Part shown: positions 9,255 to 16,963 of the stretch, one piece after another
How positions within the stretch are numbered: the stretch's first letter is position 1
Layout of the letters: every line of letters begins with the position of its first letter
IMG/VR virus record: IMGVR_UViG_3300047445_000186
Coordinates: 186,001 to 250,000 of that record
Reading direction: 5' to 3' (one strand)
Length of the DNA: 64,000 nucleotides
Notes under the pieces: model-generated
What the model was told of the DNA's origin: nothing
Database searches by the model: none
The model's input: only the letters and a program-made list of their open reading frames with translations
Position numbers and translations under genes: made by a program

Positions 9255-10658
9255 TTAGTATCTCCAGTTGTCGGCCTCGATCAGGACGTTATCCGCCAGA
9301 TCGCGCATCTGCATCGCCATACCACCAGGGCCTTCAGAGTTATTGATCTGGATTTCAATCAGATTACCACCTGGAATGAGATTGAATGTGTTCGAAGTGT
9401 ACACTGCGCCGAAGCCCATGTTCGTGGTCAGTCCGATTTGAACACCGTTCACGTACATGTCGGTCATGATATTGTCGGTCGAACCAACAAGCTTACCTGT
9501 GACGTTCCCACCGCGATTATTCCACCAGACTGAACGCCACCAGATTGAACCTGTGACCCCGGCCGCTTGAGCATTCTGATTCACCCACAACCAGTTCCAG
9601 ATACCGGTATTCCAGCCAGGAGAAACGCCGTTCGTGTTGATACCGAGCGTTCTACCTTGGGAGGTGAACATGTTACCGAGAGTCGTCGCGCCCCAGTTGT
9701 TGAAGAAGCCGAGCACACGACCGAAAGAGCCGGCCCAGATCGGATAACCTGCACCTTCAGATGCGATCGCCCAACCAGCACCACCGCCTCCACCACCGCC
9801 AGCTTCCGTGTATCCACCACCAGCATAACCTGGTTGGCCAAGATTACCGCCATTGCCGCCAGCGCCAGACAGTCCGCCGAGATTAGCACCACCAGCACCA
9901 CCACCGTAGAATTCAGAGCGTGCGCCCCATTGGCCAGCGCCCGGTCCACCGAAGTTATTTCCTGGAGCTCCACCGCCACCGCCACCTTGCCAGCCAGCTC
10001 CACCGCCACCACCGCCACCAGAGCCTCGGTTGTAGTACGGAGTCTTGCCACCAACGTATTGACGACCACCTGCACCGCCACCGCCACCACCGCCACCACC
10101 GGCAATGATGCCGTAGTTGATCAGGTATGTTGGGTGACGAAGAACAAGTCCATGACCGCCCGTACCGCCTCCACCACCGCCAGTTGGAGGATCTCCGCCG
10201 TTACCACCGCCTCCGCCCTGACCGCCGCGGCCAACAATGTACCCGTTGTTGTACAGCGTCATCGTTGAACCAGCAGGAAGTGCATCAACGAAGAACGCGG
10301 CATCCGTAGAGCCGTAACCCGAGCTGAACACGCCAACACCTGGATTGACCGTGACGGTCGCAATCAGAGGAACAGCGCCATTCCAACCTGCAGCCACAGC
10401 CGCCGCAGTCACGGAGTATGTCGCGCCTCGGTCAGAATAGATCGTGTCATTGAACACGAAGTTCTTGTTCAGACCTAGGAAGTTGCCGATCGAGATCGTG
10501 CCGGTGTTTGGCACGGCGCCTTGTTGATACGCGCTCGTAGGAGCAGGGTTCGAAACGTACGCGCCACCTTTGTAGTACTCATTCAGGCCGATGGGTCCAC
10601 CACCGCCGAACTCATTTTGGATGTCTAGAAGACTGGCTGGGCCGGTAGGAACTGTCAT
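9255..10658 (-). CDS. Glycine-rich tail-fibre tip adhesin (gp38-like polyglycine protein) A, with extra C-terminal beta domain
   Basis: N-terminal SLLDIQNEFGGGGPIGLNEYY and IIAGGGGGGGGG; directly follows an S74 fibre gene. Confidence 0.7.
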   Translation of the reverse strand: MTVPTGPASLLDIQNEFGGGGPIGLNEYYKGGAYVSNPAPTSAYQQGAVPNTGTISIGNFLGLNKNFVFNDTIYSDRGATYSVTAAAVAAGWNGAVPLIATVTVNPGVGVFSSGYGSTDAAFFVDALPAGSTMTLYNNGYIVGRGGQGGGGGNGGDPPTGGGGGGTGGHGLVLRHPTYLINYGIIAGGGGGGGGGAGGRQYVGGKTPYYNRGSGGGGGGGAGWQGGGGGGAPGNNFGGPGAGQWGARSEFYGGGAGGANLGGLSGAGGNGGNLGQPGYAGGGYTEAGGGGGGGAGWAIASEGAGYPIWAGSFGRVLGFFNNWGATTLGNMFTSQGRTLGINTNGVSPGWNTGIWNWLWVNQNAQAAGVTGSIWWRSVWWNNRGGNVTGKLVGSTDNIMTDMYVNGVQIGLTTNMGFGAVYTSNTFNLIPGGNLIEIQINNSEGPGGMAMQMRDLADNVLIEADNWRY

Positions 10659-13339
10659 GCTTGACCTTTAAGAGCAGCGATTTCTGCTTTCAATGTTTTC
10701 ATCTCGGTATTTAGGTCCTTCAGAGCCTCAATCAAAAGGCCAACCATGTTCCCGTACGCAACAGACAGAGTACCGTCAGCATTCTCAAGGACAGCTTCAG
10801 GCAGAACTGCTTGAACTTCCTGAGCGATCACACCAGTTCCGCGCTGTTCATCTTCGATTCGAGTGAAGTTCACTCCGCGAATCTGCTGAACCCGATCCAT
10901 GGCACCAGTGATAACCTCGATGTCCTTCTTCTTGCGGATATCCGAGAAAGCGGTAATGTCACCAGCCATCGTCAGATTGCCGGACATGTCCATCTGGAGT
11001 CTGTTCGCCGATGCCGACCAACCACCGATACGGAAGACGTTGTCAGAGTCGAGACCCATGTTCAAACCGAACGCACCAACTCGGTGGAACGACATTGTCG
11101 CGCTTGTGGCACTCGGAGCGAATGCGCACATATTACCAGACTGGCCTGTGTAACCGGTTCCATTCGTCGATTGGAAGTTCTGACCGCCAGTCCAGGTGTA
11201 TGTGCCGCCGAGCGCGTTCGAAACGCTGTACGTATTCGATGCGTCAGTTGCAGAGGCTGCGCTTGTCGCGTACCCTGCATTCGTCGCGTACCCTGCGTTT
11301 CCAGTGATGTTGATCGTCCAGGTACCAGAAGCGCCACCGCCAGTTGCTGATGGAGCTCCGATCGAGTTGTACGAAATGGTCGTGTTCGCACCACCATTGA
11401 ATCCTGTACCGGATGCAGCACCTGCTCCGCCATTGTTGAACGTGACGGTGTTCACCAATCCAATGTTGATGCTCGCGCTGCCGTCAAAGGCCACACCGTT
11501 GATGGTGCGGGCTGAAGAAAGCACTGCTGCAGCTGCAGCAGTTCCTGTTACGTTGATACCCCACGTACCAGAAGCGCCAGTACCCGTGAGAGATGGGGCG
11601 CCGATCGAGTTGTACGAGATTGTTCTAGCAGCCGATCCGTTGAACGTGCTGCCAGAAGCTGCGCCACCACCTGCACTTGACAGAGTGAGCGCGAAATTTG
11701 TGTTCACTGCGATGTCAGCAGAACCATCGAACGGAACACCGTTGATGTTCCGCGGCGTTTCCAAACGTGTTGCCGTCGTTGAAGTCGCTGCATTCCCGGT
11801 GATTGAGATACCCCAGGTACCTGTTGCTCCAGTACCATCCAACGCAACAGCTGCTGGATTAGAACCTGCAGTAACGCGACCCTTCGAGTCAACAGTGACC
11901 GATGTGTACGTGCCAGGAGTACCGACGTTCGTCAGAGCAAGTTGAGCATTACCGGCCGTTGAGCTTGCAAGATTGTCAACGGTCGTCATGATACCACCGC
12001 CAACATAAACGTCAACGACAAGATTACCGCCGCCGTCGAATGTCAGTCCATGCGCTTCCTTGATCGAGACAAGACCACCGACTGCAACGTTCACGCCATT
12101 GCCGGCAGAGGTGATAACTGGACCAGAGATCGAGGTGTACGTGATTGGATCAGTGCCAAGAGCCGTGATTGTCGCGATCTGAATGAACGTACCCTTACCA
12201 TTCACTGTACCGCCAGCAAGCGTGAAAACGGCCTGCTGAGTCATCTCATTTGGATCGTTCGCGTCATTTGCGCGTGGCCAGGCACCAGTTGCTGCAGTGT
12301 AGATACCGTTCTGGCTTGCAGATGCTTGGTCCTTCACGAGGACACGATCACCAACCGAGAGAGCAACACCGTCAACAGTTTGCAGACCGCTCAAGGTGAT
12401 TGGAGTTGAAGTCGCGACCCGAACTGGAGTCGTCCAGTGCAGACCTTGAACGTACACGTCCACGTAGTCTTTGTTCACGGCATCAGAGCCGGAAGTCGGA
12501 GTCGGAACACCAGTGATCTTTGCACCACCAGACAAGATCAAGTTCCCAGTGATCGTGTCACCGGACTTCGAGACCTTCGTGCTTGTGAGCGTGCTCAGAG
12601 CCGAGGAAACCGTAGCTTGGCTGATTGATGTCAGGTACGAGTCAATTCCAAGGATACGATTCACGTCAGCAGAAGAAGCCGTCAGAGCAGTCAGGAACGA
12701 GTACATTCCTGTGCTGAGGTGCTTGTTCGTATCTGCGATGTGGCCATTCACTGTCGCAGTCAGAGTCGTCAGATCAGTGAGCGCCTGTGGAACTGCGTTC
12801 AGATTCGCAGCAGTCAGAGTCGGCAGATTCAGCGCATCGAGGAACGTGTTCTGATTCGCTGTCAAGTGCAGCGTCAGATCAGTCATGTGACCTGGAAGCT
12901 GATTCACCGAGGTTGCTGACAGGGTCGGCAGATTCAGACCATCGAGGAACGTGTTCTGATTCGCTGTCAAGTGCAGTGCGACATCAGAAGCGTGTGTACC
13001 GGCAGTCGAGGTGATCGTGTTCAGCTGAGTCTGAATCGACGATGTGACACCGTCAACGTAGTTCAGCTCGGTAGCCGTGAGCGTTCCAGCAAGACCATCC
13101 AGCAGAGTGTTCTGTGCTGGAGTCAAGTGCATCGCGTAATCGGATTCGTGCGCAGCACCGAGGGTACCGACGTTGATGAACGTCCAACCGAGCGTCGTCA
13201 TGTACACGCGGAGCTGTTCAAGGTCCGTGCGATAGAAGAACTCGCCGACGTTAGGCGTAGAAGGATCAACGGTACCAGAAGGTACCGTCAGATTCATAAT
13301 CGCAGAACCTTCTACGATTTGTGGACGGTCAATAAGCAT
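10655..13339 (-). CDS. Long tail fibre with C-terminal peptidase S74 chaperone
   Basis: FSDIRKKKDIE...GVIAQEVQAVLPEAV...VAYGNMVGLLIEALK; PRNINGVPFDGSADI and ARTINGVAFDGS fibre repeats; DAVNKDYVD. Confidence 0.9.
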   Translation of the reverse strand: MLIDRPQIVEGSAIMNLTVPSGTVDPSTPNVGEFFYRTDLEQLRVYMTTLGWTFINVGTLGAAHESDYAMHLTPAQNTLLDGLAGTLTATELNYVDGVTSSIQTQLNTITSTAGTHASDVALHLTANQNTFLDGLNLPTLSATSVNQLPGHMTDLTLHLTANQNTFLDALNLPTLTAANLNAVPQALTDLTTLTATVNGHIADTNKHLSTGMYSFLTALTASSADVNRILGIDSYLTSISQATVSSALSTLTSTKVSKSGDTITGNLILSGGAKITGVPTPTSGSDAVNKDYVDVYVQGLHWTTPVRVATSTPITLSGLQTVDGVALSVGDRVLVKDQASASQNGIYTAATGAWPRANDANDPNEMTQQAVFTLAGGTVNGKGTFIQIATITALGTDPITYTSISGPVITSAGNGVNVAVGGLVSIKEAHGLTFDGGGNLVVDVYVGGGIMTTVDNLASSTAGNAQLALTNVGTPGTYTSVTVDSKGRVTAGSNPAAVALDGTGATGTWGISITGNAATSTTATRLETPRNINGVPFDGSADIAVNTNFALTLSSAGGGAASGSTFNGSAARTISYNSIGAPSLTGTGASGTWGINVTGTAAAAAVLSSARTINGVAFDGSASINIGLVNTVTFNNGGAGAASGTGFNGGANTTISYNSIGAPSATGGGASGTWTINITGNAGYATNAGYATSAASATDASNTYSVSNALGGTYTWTGGQNFQSTNGTGYTGQSGNMCAFAPSATSATMSFHRVGAFGLNMGLDSDNVFRIGGWSASANRLQMDMSGNLTMAGDITAFSDIRKKKDIEVITGAMDRVQQIRGVNFTRIEDEQRGTGVIAQEVQAVLPEAVLENADGTLSVAYGNMVGLLIEALKDLNTEMKTLKAEIAALKGQA

Positions 13340-13371
13340 AAACGTTCTCTGAAGTGACCGTCTATTTATGA

Positions 13372-13713
13372 TCAGCCAGGCATTCCGTTCGCAGCATGCG
13401 TGACGTCACGTTGCTTCGCCAGATGGATGTACAGCGAATGGAGCATCACGTACAGATCGATGTGATTCGCCGTCTGACCGATTTCGTCACCGGTTGCTGG
13501 ATTTACCAGTGGGAACACGCCTTCTGGATTGAATTCAACCCGAACTGCGCCAACTGGAGTAACTGGCTGATTGAAAGTCGTACCATTCAAAGTAACGACG
13601 TCTTCCTCAGTGAACGTGACGGTCTTCGCACCGGTCAGTGGATTGTCAAGAGTCACGCCCTTAGCACGGCGCCATGCCAATGCTTCTGCTACTGTTTCGC
13701 GATAATCAGCCAT
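13372..13713 (-). CDS. Hypothetical tail-associated protein
   Basis: 113 aa between two fibre genes; overlaps the upstream gene end. Confidence 0.65.
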   Translation of the reverse strand: MADYRETVAEALAWRRAKGVTLDNPLTGAKTVTFTEEDVVTLNGTTFNQPVTPVGAVRVEFNPEGVFPLVNPATGDEIGQTANHIDLYVMLHSLYIHLAKQRDVTHAANGMPG

Positions 13714-14620
13714 TTTCGTTTTCCTTCAATTTTGCTTCCAGTGCTTCCACCTTAGCTGTCAATTCTTTAATGGCCTCAATGAAGAGACCTGCCATATTTC
13801 CGTACGCAACAGACAGCGTGCCGTCTGAATCTTCGTGAATCACCTCAGGCAGAACAACTTGAACTTCCTGAGCGATAACTCCGGTACCACGAACATCATC
13901 TTCGATACGAGTGAAGTTCACTCCTCGAAGCTGATTAACCCGAGCCAGAGCATCAGCGATTACCTCGACGTCTTTCTTCTTACGAATGTCAGAGAACGCG
14001 GTGATGTCTCCGGACATTGTCAGATTGCCGGACATGTCCATCTGGAGTCTGTTCGCCGATGCCGACCAACCGCCAATGCGGAAGTAGTTGTCAGGGTCAA
14101 GACCCATATTGATCGCGTACGCGCCACCTCTGTGGAACGACATCGCGGCGGAACCGCCATCAGTAGAGTACGCTTCCAGTGTATACGTGGTTTGACTACC
14201 TGAGTACGAGCCAGATCCTTTGTTTGACCTGAAGTACTGAGTGGCTTCTGGCCAGGTGTACGATAGACCAACTGCACCAGAAATAGAATTCGTGTTCCCA
14301 GCAGTCGTTGCTGAAGTTGCGGTCGTTGCTGTAGTGGCCGTTGTAGCTGATGTGGCGGTCGTTGCCGATCCGGCCGTCGTAGCTGACGTGGCAGTGCTGG
14401 CATTACCATTCAGCGTGCCATTCAACGTGCCATTCAACGTGTTCGTGAACGTGATCTGCCCATCCGCTGCAATCGCCAAGATCGAACTGCCGAGCGCTCC
14501 CAAGTTACCGCGGTACAGAGTCGCAGTGCCATTTGGCGTATCAGGTGTCTTCAGAACGAAGTTGTTCGAAGCAGTGACGCTGTCGCCAAGCTGAATCGCT
14601 CGTAGTTTGAGATTGGACAT
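13706..14620 (-). CDS. Short tail-fibre protein with C-terminal S74 chaperone
   Basis: ATTA/ATSA repeats; C-terminus closely similar to that of 10655-13339. Confidence 0.85.
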   Translation of the reverse strand: MSNLKLRAIQLGDSVTASNNFVLKTPDTPNGTATLYRGNLGALGSSILAIAADGQITFTNTLNGTLNGTLNGNASTATSATTAGSATTATSATTATTATTATSATTAGNTNSISGAVGLSYTWPEATQYFRSNKGSGSYSGSQTTYTLEAYSTDGGSAAMSFHRGGAYAINMGLDPDNYFRIGGWSASANRLQMDMSGNLTMSGDITAFSDIRKKKDVEVIADALARVNQLRGVNFTRIEDDVRGTGVIAQEVQVVLPEVIHEDSDGTLSVAYGNMAGLFIEAIKELTAKVEALEAKLKENENG

Positions 14621-14627
14621 CGGGTAT

Positions 14628-14909
14628 TTATGCCGCTGGGACGAGCATCTTTTCCATCAAACGCAGGTTAGCTTCGTTCCGTTCGAAACCGCTTGGAAGT
14701 TCACTTGCCATGGCCATCTCTTCACGAGTGCCTGAGATAGCGAGGCCATTCTTCAGACGGAACTGGATATCGTCGTTCACGAGCTCGTCAATTGCGAGAC
14801 GGGCGCGTTCACGGATTGCGTTCTGAATCCATTCGTCAGCACTCAGAGCGACATAATTTAGACCCTTGACTTCAATGTCAGTGAGTTCGATAGTGAATGT
14901 TTGAGACAT
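14628..14909 (-). CDS. Hypothetical protein (93 aa)
   Basis: Compact ORF in the tail operon with RBS AAGGA. Confidence 0.7.
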   Translation of the reverse strand: MSQTFTIELTDIEVKGLNYVALSADEWIQNAIRERARLAIDELVNDDIQFRLKNGLAISGTREEMAMASELPSGFERNEANLRLMEKMLVPAA

Positions 14910-14917
14910 AGTTTTCC

Positions 14918-15442
14918 TTATCCAATGAGGGTAATTGTGGTGCTGTTGTGATTTGATCTGTACATGCCTGGGCTGTTACCAGCCGGACTTGGCGCAGTGT
15001 TCACACTGATCTGAATGGTGTCGCCAACAGCGAGCTGCACCATGGTCTGGAATAGTGAAGGGGTCCAAGCATCATTCGTGTACCAGCAATTGAATCCGTA
15101 CACCGCGCCGTTCTTGATGATCCCGATGTAGCCGTACTTGATGTCAGTGGCGACCGTATTGTTCCCCGAGCCATTTACGATATGCGCCGTGGAAACGAAA
15201 TACAACCCAGCTACTGGTGCCGTGAAAGTCGTATTGCCGGTCCAGGCTCCGCTATTGAGCGTTACCGAATTAATGTTCTGCGGGTATTCACTCACGACCG
15301 ATCCGTCAATGATCGTTGAGCCGTGCATGGCCGGGTAATTTGGGCTGATCACTCGCCCACCGCTGTCAATCTTGGCTCCGGCCGCGCCGAAGCTAAAGTC
15401 AGAACCACCCGTGAGTACGAAGCCATTGATGTCCAGTGCCAT
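14918..15442 (-). CDS. C1q-like domain protein 3
   Basis: FTAPVAGLYFVS and VQLAVGDTIQI are C1q/TNF-like motifs. Confidence 0.7.
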   Translation of the reverse strand: MALDINGFVLTGGSDFSFGAAGAKIDSGGRVISPNYPAMHGSTIIDGSVVSEYPQNINSVTLNSGAWTGNTTFTAPVAGLYFVSTAHIVNGSGNNTVATDIKYGYIGIIKNGAVYGFNCWYTNDAWTPSLFQTMVQLAVGDTIQISVNTAPSPAGNSPGMYRSNHNSTTITLIG

Positions 15443-15984
15443 TACTTGACCAATCCACAGAAGAAGTTACCATGTCGATCCCCGCCGTACCAACCGTTTG
15501 CGGAGGACGCAGGACTTGGAGCCAGATTAATCGCGAAGGAAATCGTGTCACCAATTGCGCAGTCAACCACCGCAGACAATGAAACGTGCGAGTAGTGCGT
15601 TGCAGTATTCCAGTGGCTGAACGCCCACGCTCCACCGTTCTTGATGATCGCGAAGTACCCGTACCCAACCGTGTCGTTCCCTTGAGCTAAACCATTCGCA
15701 ATACCGTTCATGCCAGCCAAGTATCGGCCAGCTACAGGGCACGTGAACTTCCCAGTGCTGTTGTTCCAGGCGCCACCAGTGTTCAGATTAACTGAACCCA
15801 TGACCGCAGAAGCAGTCCGTACGTTGTTACCCTGGCTGCCGAAGTGCCCCTGAAAAGCGACGATTTGTTCGCGTGTCAGTCGGCCAGACGAGTCAACTTT
15901 CAACCACGGTGTTCCACCGTTGTCGATCGAGAAGTTCGTTCCTGCTGAAGAGGAGAGAGTAATCCCAGCTACGTTGAAAGCCAT
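15442..15984 (-). CDS. C1q-like domain protein 2
   Basis: GKFTCPVAGRYL and VDCAIGDTISF. Confidence 0.7.
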   Translation of the reverse strand: MAFNVAGITLSSSAGTNFSIDNGGTPWLKVDSSGRLTREQIVAFQGHFGSQGNNVRTASAVMGSVNLNTGGAWNNSTGKFTCPVAGRYLAGMNGIANGLAQGNDTVGYGYFAIIKNGGAWAFSHWNTATHYSHVSLSAVVDCAIGDTISFAINLAPSPASSANGWYGGDRHGNFFCGLVK

Positions 15985-16526
15985 CAGCTAACCCTCGTAA
16001 TCCAAATGTGGTGATGAGAATCAGGATACCAGCCGTAATTGCCCGATGCCGCACCAGCATTAACGTTCTGCAATGGCGCGTTATTCACATGGAACCGAAG
16101 CGTGTCGCCAGCTGCGCAGTCGAACAGTTGGCAGGTACCGCCCTGACCCCACGAGTTCGTCTGTGAAATGTTGAAGTGCATGTACGCGGAGTTCACGTTG
16201 TTCTTAGAGAATCCAGCATACCCGTGCGTGCCGGCCGAGCCGTACCCGTTCATAATCCCAGCAGCCGAGCAGAGATAACGTCCAGCGATCGGGCATGTGA
16301 ACACCCCAGACGCGATGTGACCGGACGTCCACGCGAACTGATTGAGCGGCCATGGACCATTCGAGGGGCTGTACTGATTCGAATCGGAACCGGGTGAGCC
16401 CTTCCATCCGCTGAAACCTGGCTGCTTCGTCACTGGAGCAGCGACACCAGCTGAATTGAACGCCATCCCACCAATAGTGAGTCCACCGCCAGAAACAATG
16501 ATCTGTTGTCCGTTCGCGTCGATCAT
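15984..16526 (-). CDS. C1q-like domain protein 1
   Basis: GVFTCPIAGRYL and FDCAAGDTLRF. Confidence 0.7.
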   Translation of the reverse strand: MIDANGQQIIVSGGGLTIGGMAFNSAGVAAPVTKQPGFSGWKGSPGSDSNQYSPSNGPWPLNQFAWTSGHIASGVFTCPIAGRYLCSAAGIMNGYGSAGTHGYAGFSKNNVNSAYMHFNISQTNSWGQGGTCQLFDCAAGDTLRFHVNNAPLQNVNAGAASGNYGWYPDSHHHIWITRVS

Positions 16527-16960
16527 GATGTCTGCGCCTTCGCTGGAACAACACTTGGATCAACTTCGATCAGAGCGAACTTGAATGTCTTTCCAGACTT
16601 GTTGTTATACAGGAACAGATCCTCTTCACCTTCGACGATCGTGTAGTCACCGATACCATTCGAGAGTTGCAAGTCATTCGTGTAAATGTTTCGCCAGCGA
16701 AGTGAAGCAGATCCGAGATCGGCGACGTTCGTAACTGTCGGGAGGATGTGACTCACGCTGTTCACGTTCCCAACAGCTGCCGTTCCAGATGTGCTGAATC
16801 CACCAGCAACGAACGTGCCAGTCGACGACAGCGTGCCGGAGATTGTCATTGAGAGAGCTGTAGTGATACCAGAGACGGAGTCGATCTTCAGACGATCAAC
16901 GCCATCAACCATGAGGTATACGTCGGTGCCGGAGCCGGCTCTAATTCCTGCTGTTGCCAT
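16523..16960 (-). CDS. Tail-fibre-associated protein
   Basis: DLGSASLRWRNIYTNDL and YTIVEGEEDLFLYNNKSGK, motifs common in T4-like fibre proteins. Confidence 0.7.
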   Translation of the reverse strand: MATAGIRAGSGTDVYLMVDGVDRLKIDSVSGITTALSMTISGTLSSTGTFVAGGFSTSGTAAVGNVNSVSHILPTVTNVADLGSASLRWRNIYTNDLQLSNGIGDYTIVEGEEDLFLYNNKSGKTFKFALIEVDPSVVPAKAQTS

Positions 16961-16963
16961 AAT

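Noticed and set aside
8249-10300. GC-rich CCG/CCA runs as microsatellites or slippage tracts
   Set aside because: They are mixed Gly codons of the polyglycine adhesins, with synonymous variation that indicates protein-level selection.
10780-14160. Diversity-generating retroelement (TR/VR pair) suggested by the similar 3' ends of two fibre genes
   Set aside because: Both copies are in intact ORFs, the differences are not confined to adenines, and no reverse transcriptase is present in the window.
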